A stretch of DNA of 64,000 bases from Rebecca billardiae RCC1528 (taxonomy: Eukaryota > Protista > Haptophyta). The DNA is taken from the NCBI GenBank assembly GCA_965240325.2, contig OZ251223.1, positions 1,736,001 to 1,800,000 on the forward strand. Reading direction: 5' to 3'. The position numbers and the translations under genes were made by a program. The notes beneath the pieces were generated by a model, which saw only the letters and a list, made by a program, of their open reading frames with translations, was not told the origin of the DNA and searched no databases. Positions 10,206-22,307 of this stretch are shown here, piece after piece (the stretch's first letter is position 1; each line of letters begins with the position of its first letter).

Positions 10206-10634
10206 GACGTGTGTACCGCGTACGCAGTCGCACACGGAGACGCCCGTACGTGGAACGATGCCGTACGGCGCGACCGAAGCCCTCGACGCGATTCATCGCC
10301 TTACTACTAGCTAGCTACGTCTACGACGACCGCGAGGCCCGGCCCGGCGGCCGATGTCGATCGGACACGCTCTAGACGCGCTGGCACCAGCCGATCTTAT
10401 TGGCCATATTTCTGACTACGATGCGCTGTTTATTGTTGTGTGGCGCGGCGCGGTGCCGTATGCAGAATTTGCTAACGGAACAAGCCGCCATATACAGACG
10501 CGCGCACCGAGCTCATCAGGTCGCGAGATTGCCTGCAATAGTAGACGCCAGCTGAATGGCATATCGGAACATCAACGGCCTCCGGGTCCGAGTGACTGCT
10601 GATACAAGTGTCGATGGAAATAATTGATGATATT

Positions 10635-12714
10635 ATGACCGCGTTCCGCGGTCCTTCCGTAGAACCAACGCAGTTAGGGGCCCGCGGTGCACCCTCCGTC
10701 GGCTGCTCGGCTGCTCAATGTCGTATGAAGATTTATAATGGGCCAGGCCCAGTGGCAGTGGCAGTCTGCGAGACGCGTCACGCAAGTTCGGGCAGTCCAG
10801 CTTGCCCGCCGCGTGCGCCGCGGCCGCGATCTCGTCGCCGTCCATGTCCTCGAACAGCTTGGCGGCGTTGGCGATGCGTCGGGACTTGGCGCGCTCGTCC
10901 GATTTGTTCATCGCACCCGCCGCCGCGGCGCCGCCCTCGTCCCGCTGCTTGCGCTTGCCGAGGCGGTTGGAGTTGCCGCGCATCGACCGCGAGCGCGCCG
11001 CGTGCGCGCATGCGCCGCCGCCCCGGTGCGCTCCGCTGCCAGCGCCTTGCGTACCTTACGGCGCCGAAAACGGATCCGGCGCTCAGCGTTGCGCAGCGCG
11101 CGTGTGTCCTGGTCGCACGCCTCGCACACGAGCAGCAGCGCCAGCGCCATCTGCGCGTCCTCGTCGACCTCGGCCGAGTGCAGCGTCACGGGCGCGCCGC
11201 CCGCGCGTGCCGCCATCTCCTCGCGCTGCAGCTGCTCTGCGATGGCGCGGTCGCTGCGCAGCTGCTCGGCCAGCGGGTCGGGCGCGGCGGAGCGCTGCTC
11301 GCGCAGGCGGAGCGCGGCGGCGGACGTACTCCTCCAGCGCGGCCTACTCGTCGTTCAGCGGCGCGCCGGGCCGGCAGCGCGCCCGTGATCGCCGACCGTC
11401 CGACCGAGAGCCGCGCGCGGCCATGTGTGCGCGCAGCTCCGCCGTCTCCTCCTACGAGAGCATGCCTGCGCGGCGGCGGCGGCGGCGCGGCCGGGGTAGC
11501 GCATGCGCGAGGTGCGTCAACAGTCAGCGCCGTACGGCTGGTCGGCGCGCCACGTGCCCGTCGCGCGCGCACGCGCGCGCGCGCGCCGCGCACAGAGCTG
11601 AGAGCAGCGACGCCGGCAGCTGCAGGTTGTGAGGGGCCGCCACGCTCATCGTCGCGACGCGGAAGACGATCTTGAGCACGTGGGAGAACGGGCCCGACGC
11701 GTCCTTGCGCTGCACGAAGATCTGCTTCATCGGTGGCACCACCGCCGCCATCAGCTGGCCCCTCACGTGCACCAGCTTGGCCAGGCGCGGCGAGCGACCA
11801 CCTCCAGCGGGCAGGCGGAGTTGACCGGCCTTGGCGACAGGGTCCACGCGCCACACCGTCTTGGTGCGCGAGTCCCACGCGCCCGGAAGCGACGCCTGCG
11901 TGGTCTGCGCGTCGGGCAGGTCGAGAAGATGCGCCTCACCATGATCAGGCTCAGCGCCTCGATCACCACCTGCTTCGCCGTGTCGATCATCTTGGCACGC
12001 CTTGCTCGCACACGGTCGCGTGTCTCATGCCCACCACCTTGGTTAGCACGTGGCAGCGGCGGTCCTGGATGCGCTGATGCACCTGGCCCGAGAGCAGCGG
12101 GTTGTTGCAGCTCGGGCAGAACGCCCGCACCGCCATCTGCGGCGCCAGCACCTGCTCCTTCGCGTCGCGCAGTGTCGAAGTCGTCACGCGGCCTGCGGTC
12201 CGCGCGTGCACGCGGTAGAGTTTCGCCCGGTGTCGTTTCAGAACGGCCCGATGTCGTGCGTCCCCAAGCGCATCAACGCGTTCCGCATGCCGAGCCGGTT
12301 CGCGTGCGCGTCCGCGCGCGCCCGCGCCGCGTCGCCGGCGTTTGACTGCGGGTCGAGAGGTCCACTGGTCATCGACTCATCGCGGGGAGCCCAGTCCGGA
12401 GTCCGGATCACTGTTGTTTGTCTGGTGCTGGGCGGAGTCCGGCCCCCGGGGGCATTACCACAATGGCGCAGATTCGATTACTGACAATGTGACGGCCGTC
12501 CAACGACATACGCGGAATGACCCGGGCGCGGCCTTTTAAGCTTGGGATGGACAGCATTGTACCGTACCCCTCAAAAAATCGAAAACTCACCCTCCAACAA
12601 CCCTAAAAATCGTCCCCCGTCCCCTTTTCTTTGATCAAAAGATCTTTTTGACAACGTAGTGAGGGCCCCCGGTGGGGCTCCACGCTACGCGCTCCGCCCT
12701 GCACCGCGGGCCAT
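10635..12714 (-). mobile_element. Family B Helitron2/Helentron-like element, copy B1, carrying decayed coding cargo
   Basis: Terminal GGCCCGCGGTGCA (12712-12700) and its inverted subterminal partner (10679-10691); 3' hairpin GACCGCG-GAA-CGCGGTC at 10653-10637. The conserved ~170-bp 5' block is shared with 14856 and 46968. Confidence 0.75.
10740..12372 (-). pseudogene. Frameshifted coding remnant inside B1 (CxxC segment, SAP-like helix, MIU/UIM-like motifs)
   Basis: Coding-like fragments in changing frames: FCPSCNNPL, TAELRAHMAARG, SDRAIAEQLQREE, DEDAQMALALLL; internal stops and frameshifts. Confidence 0.45.
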
Positions 12715-12951
12715 GATGAACGTACGATCGAATATAGGCGCTCGGCCGCGGCGGCATCTGCCGTCGCCGCCGCGTGCCCCAGGCCGAGGCGGGTGCTCCA
12801 TCCCGGCCCCGCTCGGACCGTAGGGGGGCAGGGCTGCGGGTGGCGCACTGTCTGACCTGGTCGGAAGGCGCGGACGCATTCTATGTGTCTGTTGCACTCT
12901 TGAGCCTGACGCTTGTCCGATGCTGCCACGTCGTTAAATATATATATATAC

Positions 12952-14856
12952 ATGACCGCGTTCCGCGGGTCTTTTTCCGTAGAACGAACGTAGTTCGGGG
13001 CCCGCGGTGCACCCTCCGTCGGCTGCTGTCTCAGTCTGACATGTGTATAACACTTCGCCTGAGCTGCCACCGCCAACTCAGTCACTGCCGCCCACCGGGC
13101 CGGCGGGCCGAGGACTGGGCGCCGCGGGCCGCCGCGGGGACTAGCGGCCGCGGCGCGCGCGCGCAGGCAGGGCGAGAGGCGCTGGCGCGGCGCGAGCCGG
13201 CGCGTGCGCGCGAGCGGGCGCACCTGCTTGAGGTACTCGCCCTGCGCCATGCGCTCGACGACGGGCCGCTGGTCGCTCAGCCGGCGCGCCTCGTGCCGGC
13301 AGAGCGAGAGCGCGCGCCACTGCTGGCCCGCCGGCCTGCCGGCTGCGCAGCCGTGCACCGAGACCGACCGAGCGGGTCAGCGGAGCTCGGGGCGGTGGAA
13401 CGAGGCGAGCGGCGCGTCGCGCCTGCCGCCGCGCGTGCGCGCCTGCTCCACCGCGCCGCCGTGCTCGCCCGCCGCCGCCTCCTCCGCCGCGTCGGCCTAA
13501 AAGACGGCGGCTGCCAGCGGCAGGCTGAGCCGCGCGCGCTCACTCCTCACACTGTCTGTCTGTGAGTCCTCACGCTGCTGCCGGACCTCCGCGCCGCCGT
13601 CGACCGAGTTGAGGAGGAGCTCGCGCTCGGCGTCGAGGCGCGAGCTCGCGTGCTCGAGCTCGCCCTTCAGCCGCGCGAGCTCCGGGCGCATCCGGCTCAT
13701 CAGCTCTGCCGCGCCGCTCGCTCGGCGGCGCAGCGGGCGGCGCGCTCTGCTCCGGTCGGCGAGCGACGAGCTCGCGTGCTCCGGACTCGGCTCGCCCTTG
13801 CGCGCTGCTCCTCGAGTGACGAACGCGCCCGCGGGCAGGTTGTTGCCCGTCGCCCCCGCCGCGATCTCGCCGCCCCCGCCGCGATCTCGTCGCGCATGCT
13901 CCGTGCGCAGCGCGACGCAACTGGTGCGCGCGCTCCGCCTGTGCTGTCCGTGGCGCGCGCCTGCGAGGTGACAGGCGGGCGAGCTCAGCCTCGGGGAGAG
14001 CGGAGCGAGAGGGCGAGACGCGCGGCCTGCGAGGCGACAGGCGCGCTCGGGAAGAGCAGAGCGCGAGGGCGAGACCAGCGGCCGGCCGGCCCCCGCCACC
14101 GCCACGCGCCGTCACTGACTGCTGCGACGTCCCTCGGTCGGGGTGGGCGCTGCCCGACAAACAAAAGCTCGCTCAGAGCGAAAGCCGTGCTGATCAAGGG
14201 CCGGCGCGCCCGGGTTCGTCGCGCTGCTTTTTTTTACTATTCACAATTAGAGGTGATCAAGTTTCCCGTGCCCATGTGTCAGATGTGTGGTTAATCGCTC
14301 GAGTAATTGTACTATTTGCGAGTAGAAGTGATCATTTTTCCCGTGCCCATGTGTGCTTAATCGCTCGCTCCGCCCTGCACCGCGGGCCATAATGTATGAA
14401 AACGAAGCGGTGCAAATGATGTTCTCCAGTAGTGGATACGACCCCGACGAAGCGATTTTATGCCTGCGTGAACCATACAGCATATGAATCAGTAGTGAAT
14501 ACGACCCCGACGAAGCCAATATATATCGGTTGGTTACTTCGCTGATCCCGTAAGGACGTGCAAAAATAGCCTCAAAGAAGCTGACGCTTGTATTGGACTT
14601 GTAACCGTCCTACTTCACACTCAAGTGAACTCTCACGCCCGGCCGTCCACGATTGATTAGGGGAATGTCGTGGGCGCGGTTTTTTTCTCCGTGATGCATG
14701 TGTAGAGAGGGTCTCAAAATTCGAAACTCGGTCTCCGCCAGCCCTAAAAATCGGCCCCCGCGTCCCTTTTTCTTGATCAAAGATCTTTTTGAAACGTGGT
14801 TCGGGCCCGCTGGTGCGGGCTCCACGCTGCGCGCTCCGCCCTGCACCGCGGGCCAT
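12952..14856 (-). mobile_element. Family B element(s): one 3' end (12952) and two 5' ends (14390, 14856)
   Basis: 3' hairpin GACCGCGTTCCGCGGGTC at 12954-12971 and subterminal repeat at 12999-13011; ATGGCCCGCGGTGCAGGGCGGAGCG 5' ends at 14390 and 14856. Internal cargo differs from B1 (coiled-coil-like fragments). Confidence 0.7.
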
Positions 14857-15248
14857 AAGCGCCACCGTTGAAACGCCCCAAAACGGTGCTTGAGCAGATA
14901 TTATCTTAACTGCGCTCTTACAAGCCCGGCATAATTAAGGTAGCTAGCAGCAGTACCCGCCGCATTCATTGGCGGCACCGCAGCATATAAGTAATAAGTG
15001 TAACTGCTATAATTTAGTATTATTCGGATTATTATTACGTTCCGTTGATTGTTCGTGTATCTTATAGTTCGTGTGACAATGTTCGTCTGAAATTCGGCTG
15101 ATGTAGTCTGCCGCGATGGACCGTTGGCCCTGCGGCGACACGCAACTTCGCACGCGCCGCCGCCACGGTCTGCCTGCGGGCTGCGGGGCTGATGCTCGAA
15201 ATGGTGCAGTGCCTCGCACTCAGCGTCGCACACCTCCCGACGTCGACT

Positions 15249-16089
15249 TCACTTGGCTTTCGTAGCCCAGTCACGGAAGAACTCCTTCGAGGCATCCGGG
15301 TCGGCCTTGATCGTTTTCGCCCCAGGCTTCCAGTTCGCTGGGCAGCCCTCGCCAGCATGCGAGTCCGCGTACTGGAAGCCCTCGACCACTCGCATCACCT
15401 CGTCGATCGAGCGGCCAACCTGCTCATCATTGACCGTGACTGACCGGATCGTGCCAGTCGGGTCGATGATGTATACGGCACGCAGCGGCGCGCCAAAGTA
15501 GCCGACGGTTGGGTCCATCGTCAGCACGCCGTAGTCGCGCGAGATGTCCTTCGTGATGTCAGCCACGAGGGGGAACGCCACCTGCGGGGATGGGGTGCGG
15601 GGGATGGGGTGCGCGGGAGTGGGTCTTGCAGCTGGTCAAGCTCGCTCGCACGCTGCGCGCAGCTGATCGAGCTCGCACGCACGCGGCATGCAGCTGGTCG
15701 AGCTCGCACGCACGCGGCGCGAGTCGCGACGGACGCACCTTGTTGCCCAGCCCCCCGTCCGCCTGCGGCGTGCGGGTCCACGCCAGGTGGACGTGGTGCG
15801 AGTCACAGCTCACGCCGATAACCTGCACGCCCTTCGAGGCGAACTCCGCCGCCTTGTCACTGAAGGACATGATCTCTGTCGGGCAGACGAAGGTGAAGTC
15901 AAAGGGATAGAAGAAGAGGACCACCCACTGGTTCGCATCCAGGTACTGCTTGAGTGAGACCTGCTCAAACTTGTCGCCCACGACGGCGGTGGCGGTGAAG
16001 AGTGGCGCCTTGTCGCGGGGGCCCAAAATGCCAGCGGCGACCGCCCCAGAGAGCGCAAAGAGCGCGAGAGTTCGCAGCAGCCCGCGCAT
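15249..16089 (-). CDS. Typical 2-Cys peroxiredoxin (AhpC/TSA) with signal peptide; 2 exons (16089-15739, 15581-15249)
   Basis: [14 protein letters not shown] (peroxidatic Cys), [20 protein letters not shown] (resolving Cys); GT-AG intron 15738-15582. Confidence 0.95.
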
Positions 16090-16320
16090 GACCTCGCTGG
16101 CGTGTCCCGATGCGCTGACTCGGCGACGCGTACGTACGCTCGGCGGGCGACCGCGTGCGTGTCTGGACGCGAGAAGCTCGGTCCGGTGCCGTGTGTTTGG
16201 CTCAACAGCTGCTCAAGCCTCAAGGCGCCGTCCGTTCCGGAATCCGGGCTGAGCCACCGTTACAATCCAGGTCCGACCACAGCATGGCTGCCTCGCGCCG
16301 GGGCTGAGAAGCTTGGACAC

Positions 16321-17367
16321 ATGCCGCCGAAGAAGGGCGCGGGAGCGAAGGGTGGCAAGGGCAAGGGCAAGGGCAAGGGCAAAGGAAAGCTGCCCGAGGT
16401 CGACCCGGCCGAGGTGGTGCAGGCTTTCTCGAAGCAGTACGGCCGCCTTGCTCGCGACCGTGGGCTTGATCCGCTCAAGCTCGGCCCCCTCGAGGAGAAT
16501 GGCGTGCTGTCACAGGAGCAGGTCTTCTCGCGCGTCGCGCTCCACCCGCACATGCCTGGTCCTACGCCAGACCTCGCACAGTTCGTGACGCTCATCGACG
16601 CGCTCGCCTTCTACAAGTACCTCAAGAACCTGTGCTTGTGGAAGGTCCCGATTGGCGAGCAGGGTGCTGCGAGGCTCTCGCGTTACCTCAAGGCGAGCAA
16701 GACGGTCATCCAGGTGGAGATGCTCGAGTGCGGACTCGCTGCAGACGCGTGCGTGCACCTCGCTCTCGCGCTCCGCCAAAACACGGTGCTCACCCGGCTG
16801 TCACTCGACCATAACCAGATTGGCGACGCAGGCGTGGGCGCGCTCGCGGGCGCGCTCGAGGCGAACATGACGCTGCAGTCACTCTCCCTGCGCTTCTGCG
16901 GGATCACGCCGTCAGGTGCGCAGGAGACCGCGCAACTCATCACGCTGTGTCACCTGCAGCACCTCGACCTCCATGGCAACGAGTTGCAAGCCCTCGGTGC
17001 GACCATGTGCTTCCTTGCGCTACGCAACAACACGAGCCTGCGGCAGTTTGGGATGGCGTGCACGTCGTGGGGCTCAGAGGACGTGGTCAACCAGAGCATC
17101 ATGGACACGCTGGTGCTGAACACGACGTGCAACGAGTACAACCTCGACGGGAACCCAATAAGCGACGCGAACGCCAGCCGGTACGTCACCCTGCTCAAGG
17201 CGGCACCGCACATCACCTCGTTTGTGACATCCGAGCAGCTCACGAGCTCCATCTTCCACGAGATCGTCAAGATCACCGATGCAAACAAGAAGGAGTGGAT
17301 AAAGAAGAACAAGAAGAAAAAAGGCAAGGGTGGCGGCAAGGGGAAGGGGAAGGGCAAAAAGAAGTAA
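16321..17367 (+). CDS. Ribonuclease-inhibitor-type leucine-rich-repeat protein with Lys/Gly-rich termini (possibly ciliary)
   Basis: Repeats such as LTRLSLDHNQIGDAGVGALAGAL and LQHLDLHGNELQALG; MPPKK start, common in ciliary proteins (inference). Confidence 0.85.
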   Translation: MPPKKGAGAKGGKGKGKGKGKGKLPEVDPAEVVQAFSKQYGRLARDRGLDPLKLGPLEENGVLSQEQVFSRVALHPHMPGPTPDLAQFVTLIDALAFYKYLKNLCLWKVPIGEQGAARLSRYLKASKTVIQVEMLECGLAADACVHLALALRQNTVLTRLSLDHNQIGDAGVGALAGALEANMTLQSLSLRFCGITPSGAQETAQLITLCHLQHLDLHGNELQALGATMCFLALRNNTSLRQFGMACTSWGSEDVVNQSIMDTLVLNTTCNEYNLDGNPISDANASRYVTLLKAAPHITSFVTSEQLTSSIFHEIVKITDANKKEWIKKNKKKKGKGGGKGKGKGKKK

Positions 17368-18622
17368 CCTCGTGCCGACGCTACCTCAAGAGAAAGAAGG
17401 TCAGACTCGGTTGTGCGGTGTCCGCCGCTGACCCGCAGCCCGTCAGTCAATGGTCCAACTCAATGGTGACATGGCACGGCGCGTAATTAATCGTAGTCGT
17501 CGTCGTTATCTGTTATACTACGTCGTCGTACTCTGAGTAGAGTCGTACTCGTCGTCGTCTCTGCGAAATAGTACTCTCACCGCAGGCGCAGACACCGTGA
17601 CCGTCGGTCGGCCGGTCCTTGCAGGTCGTGCGTTACCAAACCAAGTACGTAGTCTGTTACCACCATAACCAGTGGACCACCATTTAGTACTGTTAGGTCA
17701 CTGTTAGTTACTAAACAGTTCTAGTCACTAAGGACTACACCTTACCAGGTCATCAGTGATACTAGGCTCCGTTGATGCTCACGCGGCAGGACCGGCCAAG
17801 GCTTATATGGCCCGCATGTTGTTGTTCTATTCCCTTCTATTCCTTTGATCCAACACTGCACAAAGACTCCGCCACAAAACAGACCGGCGCAGGCAGGTGA
17901 GGGGCGCGTTGCCGCACCTCATAGTAGTCATACGTTACGTTGCTTTGCCCGCCGGATGGAGCGCTCGTTGGAACTTGAGCCCGGTTTGGCGCCCACGCGG
18001 CGAGGGCGACCGGACGGGCGTACACGGGGCCGGCGGCGGCGGGAAGCGCGCGGGTGCGGCTGAGAACGGCACGGTCCGGACGCCTCTCGCCAGCCACGGA
18101 CGCGCACCGCGCCTCCTCCTCGAAAGCTGCTAACTTGATCCGGTGCCAAGCGGTGGTTTTGCTGCCGACCAGCTCAACTTCCACGGCTGGTCAAGGTTCG
18201 GCTTGCGACCTCGCCGCTGGTGCTTGCAAGGAGGTACACGAGCTGATCGAACTCCCACGCACCCTCTCTGCGCTCGTCGACGCCCTCTGAAGGTGACTCG
18301 GGGTGCATGCGGGGCAGTGGAATGCAGTGGTTCGGCGTTGACTCTCAGTCGTCCAGCGCGCAGGCCATGTAGCGCGGATGTGCTGCGCGCATGGCCCGGT
18401 CGCGGCATGTCTGTCTGGGCTGTCCAAGGCCTGCCGCGCCGCGAAGCGAGCGCTCAGGAGCGTGTGCCGAGCGTGCCAGCCACGCCGAGATGGGGCACTT
18501 CGCTATACGATTCGAGTCGATCGAGGCCGAATCGCATGGCTTCCGGACTATAAAGTATAATACTACACATTCACGAGTCACCACTCACGAGTCACGACTC
18601 ACGACGTCTTGGTCGAACAACG

Positions 18623-20249
18623 ATGGCTGCCGTCGCGGCGATGCTTGCATGCTTGGCTTCCGTGCCGATGGTACAGCCGACGGAGCTGTCGCGGGTGGGC
18701 TTCGTGTTCGCCGCCGACAAGCCATTGGTACGGGCCAATCACGTTGCGCCTCGATGATCCCACGACATGCGGGCCCCGCAGCAGCTCACTCGCGGAACTC
18801 GCCACCACCTTCTTACAACCTGCGTGTGCTGCGACACCGTGCGCCGCGGCCGCTCAGTACGTTGAGATGGCAGCCGTGGCGGCGTTGCGCCTATCTTGGC
18901 ATAACATCACGATGTTCACACCGCGGGCATCCGCTCCCGCGTGCGAGCGCCAGGCGGGTGCGGGCGTCTGGCGATGCGCTGTGCTCGACGATTGCTGCGA
19001 CTCGCGAGCGGCATCGCCTGCAAGCCAAATCCTCTGGCCGCTGCGCACCCGAGGGCGCCTTGCGAAACTGTACGCGATGCTGCTGTCGCCCTACGAATAC
19101 ACGGTCTTCCTGGACGCCGATGTCTTCCCGTGCACGACCGCCAGTGAGCTGCTGCTGCTGCTGCTCGGCGGAGGCCCTGGCCACATGTTCAGCCTCTACG
19201 ACGTGATGATGGCCGTCAACCACAAGGGCGGGATGACCGTGGAGCCGATGAAGTGCGCGCACGTCGCGTCGCCGCAGGCGTTCGCGATGGCGAATAGCGG
19301 CGTCATCTTCTTCCGCGCAAGGGCCCCCGGCGTGCGCCACTTCCTCGCGCGCTGGCTCGAGCTGTACGCCCTGGAGGCCGAGGAGCTGTACGACCAGTGC
19401 ACGATGCGCACAGCGCTCCTGCACGCGGCGCTGGCTGGGAACGTCTCGTTCTACGCGCTGCCGCCCTTCTGGAACTTCCGCAAGTGGCGCGACCGGCTGC
19501 AGATCCGCCAAGGGCACGGCTGCTGCCCGACCAAGGTGGAGAAGAGGCCCCGCGCGCTGGGAGTGGATGACGCCCCTGAGACATCGGTGCGCGCTCGCGT
19601 GCTGCTCGACCACCACTGCAGGCCACCGCAGGGCGCCCGGCTGCCCACTGGCGAGGCGTGGCACGACCGCCTGTTGCAGAAGCACGAGGTCAACTACAAG
19701 CGGCGGCAAGGCATTCGGAACATGACGAAGGCGGCCAGGAAGGAGGCCGTGCTCGCACAGAAGGCGGCAAACCAGGCCCGGCGTGCAGCCAAGCAAGCTG
19801 CTCTCGATGCAGCCGCCGCTGCTCGGAGAGCCGAGCGCGCCGCTCCCAGCATTGTTGACGCGGTGCGCAAAGGCGTGTGGGGGCTGATGCACCAGCTGGC
19901 CTGGGGGGCGACGAGCTGGAGCCTCTTTGGCAGCGCCACCACGCCGACCGCGACATCATCCAGTGTCTTTGGCACCTCCCACAATCATGCATTGTCATCA
20001 TCATCATCATCATCATCGTCAGACTCCAGGTCCAACTTCGACGCTGAGACTTTTGGCACCGGGACCCTCGGCAGTGGCGCGGATGCCATCACTACAGGCA
20101 CTGCACTGTCGTCGCCCAGCAGCGCGGCGGACGTGACAGCGGCGAGCGACGATGTCGTCTCGTCTGATGGCCAACAACAGCCTGTTCCGGAACATCTGCT
20201 GCAGGCGGCTGCGCTGTTGGAAGTAGCACAGCACCGCGATCAGTTCTAG
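18623..20249 (+). CDS. GT-A-fold (GT8/nucleotide-diphospho-sugar transferase-like) glycosyltransferase; probable intron 18728-18857
   Basis: Spliced N-terminus MAAVAAMLACL..GFVFAADKPL|YVEMAA; LSPYEYTVFLDADVFPC (DxD), ANSGVIFF, DQ, LPPFWNFR; low-complexity C-tail. Confidence 0.75.
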
Positions 20250-20646
20250 CCTCAACTGCCAAAACCACCCCTCACGGAGAGGCCTGCCGCGGACGCAAGA
20301 TGGGCACCCCTCATCGCCCTCGCCGTCGTCGAGGACAAGCCGGAGGACGCCCGTCGTGTCGGTAAGGCACCCGATGGGGCCGGTTCGCCGCGGCCGCACA
20401 TGCTTGCGCGCAAGGCGCGTTTGAAAATGACCCCAAACGACCCCACCCCAAAATTAACCCGGGAGGCGCGTGCGCACGCACGGCGCGGGCTTCTGGGCAG
20501 CATTGCTCGGCGAAGCGAGCCGCCTTGTCTTGCTGCCCAGGCTGGGGATCTTCCCGCACTCACTCCTGATGAGGCGGAAGCGACGCGCAGAAGCACTCGC
20601 GATGCCGCCGAGGCGGGCAGCGCCGTTGCCCAGCGTCGCCTTGCGG

Positions 20647-21317
20647 GACATGGCGAGCCGCTGGAGCGGCCATGCTCTCCCAGCTCGCGCGGCCACCCCA
20701 GTGCGGCGCCCAGTGGCACCCCAAAAGCAAAAGCACCCCAAAAGGCAAAACTAACCCAGCCCCCCCCCATAGCATAGATAGACTCATCGATCAATGATGA
20801 TAAGACGACGGCATTGGCGATCATCAGTTCGGTTGCGTCGTGACGGCGCGGCTCTTTATTCGATCGTCTACATTTGATAATCATATATGTCGCGCGATGA
20901 TGATGATGATATGGCGGATATGGTGCATGCGCGGGATTTTCTCGTCGTCGTGGAATAACATGTTGCAGCCCACAGCAAGGCTGCAGACATGGCGAGCCGC
21001 TGGAGCGGCCATGCTCTCCCAGCTCGCGCGGCCACCCCAGTGCGGCGCCCAGTGGCACCCCAAAAGCGAAAGCACCCCAAAAGGCAAAACTAACCCACCC
21101 CCCCCCCCCATAGCATAGACTCATCGATCAATGATGATAAGACGGCATCGGCGATCATCAGTTCGGTTGCGTCGTGACGGCGCGGCTCTTTATTAGATCG
21201 TCTACATTTGATAATCATATATGTCGCGCGATGATGATGATATGGCGGATATGGTGCATGCGCGGGATTTTCTCGTCGTCGTAGAATAACATGTTGCAGC
21301 CCACAGCAAGGCTGCAG
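20647..21317 (+). repeat. ~339-bp tandem duplication (2 copies)
   Basis: GACATGGCGAGCCGCTGGAG...CCACAGCAAGGCTGCAG starts at 20647 and again at 20986, near-identical. Confidence 0.9.
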
Positions 21318-21871
21318 TGGGGCACATCAGGCAGCGAGCAGAAGTACGCGGCGGGTGCGCGAGATAGATCTCGCGCCACGCCGTAAGTCCGTAAGATCCG
21401 CAGGCCGAGCACAGCACTGAGGCTGCCTGGACTGCAAAAGGCGGAGATAGGGGAGGCGGAGGGACGAGCACTCATTTGGCACGGGGGCAGCTGTGAAACA
21501 GCCACGCAGCTCTGCGGGAACGGCGCAGCAGCTGGGATCGAGTTAGCAGCTGGCTCTCCAAGCAGCGAGTGCGAGTGGGACACCGAGATTGATGAATCTG
21601 AGGTGACTTAGGCGAGCCGCTCCTTGGCGAGCAGAAGCTGCTGGCATACTGCAGCTTCGTCGCCGTCTAACAAGAGGGTGAAGGCGTCGGCCAGCCATTT
21701 GTACTCAGCGCAAAATCATAGGGCCGCCCAATGTATGATCGACTGGCTGCAGCAGATGAGTCGATATATGATCCCAATCGATGAGCATGGCTGGAATATC
21801 ATTGCTGGAAGACCGCGTCGAGTTCGTAGTCATTATTGATGATGCATCATAGCAGCTTGTAAGTTGTATAT

Positions 21872-22210
21872 AATTTCCCCTTTATAACGGGCTCCGGGTG
21901 ATCAGACTGGCGCCCGAAGTCTCCAGCCCTACCCTGGCCAGCCCCCTGAACCAACCACCACCCCCACCCCGCCTCAAACCACTCAGCCCACCTCCATGAT
22001 GATGCTTGTGGCCACGTACTTCTCGCCAGCGGACCCGCTTAGTGAGTAACTTAGCATCAGCGGACTGACACAATCCGACATCCGTATCCGGATATTATTA
22101 TGCCAATAACACCATCACATCTGCTATATATAATATTAAGGGGCTCGCTCCGGGTGCTGATCAGGCCGGCGGTCGAAGCCTCCCGAGCCCTACCCTGGCC
22201 AGGTGGCCCC
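21872..22210 (-). repeat. Two copies of the UUCG stem-loop dispersed repeat, downstream of TYW1
   Basis: Reverse complement matches 4025-4134. Confidence 0.8.
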
Positions 22211-22307
22211 GTAGCACGGCTTCAAATAGCCTTCATCGGCGGTGGTTTCAGAGTAGTCAGCGCACACGCGAGCGTGCACCATACGGATCAGCCAGAGAGA
22301 CCAGCGG

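Noticed and set aside
11000-12200. Possible Fanzor/TnpB in B1 (CxxC motifs inside a Helitron2-like element)
   Set aside because: No RuvC D-E-D motifs or DRDxNAA signature found; the Cys pairs are not arranged as in TnpB.
14428-14516. 26-bp direct repeat with a 37-bp spacer (AGTAGTG.ATACGACCCCGACGAAGC), CRISPR-like dimensions
   Set aside because: Only two copies, eukaryotic context, no cas genes; lies within family B element DNA.
17837-18300. Possible small minus-strand gene (EGAWEFDQLVYLL... VEVELVGSKTTAWHRIKL)
   Set aside because: Needs a frameshift and unverified introns; no recognisable domain.
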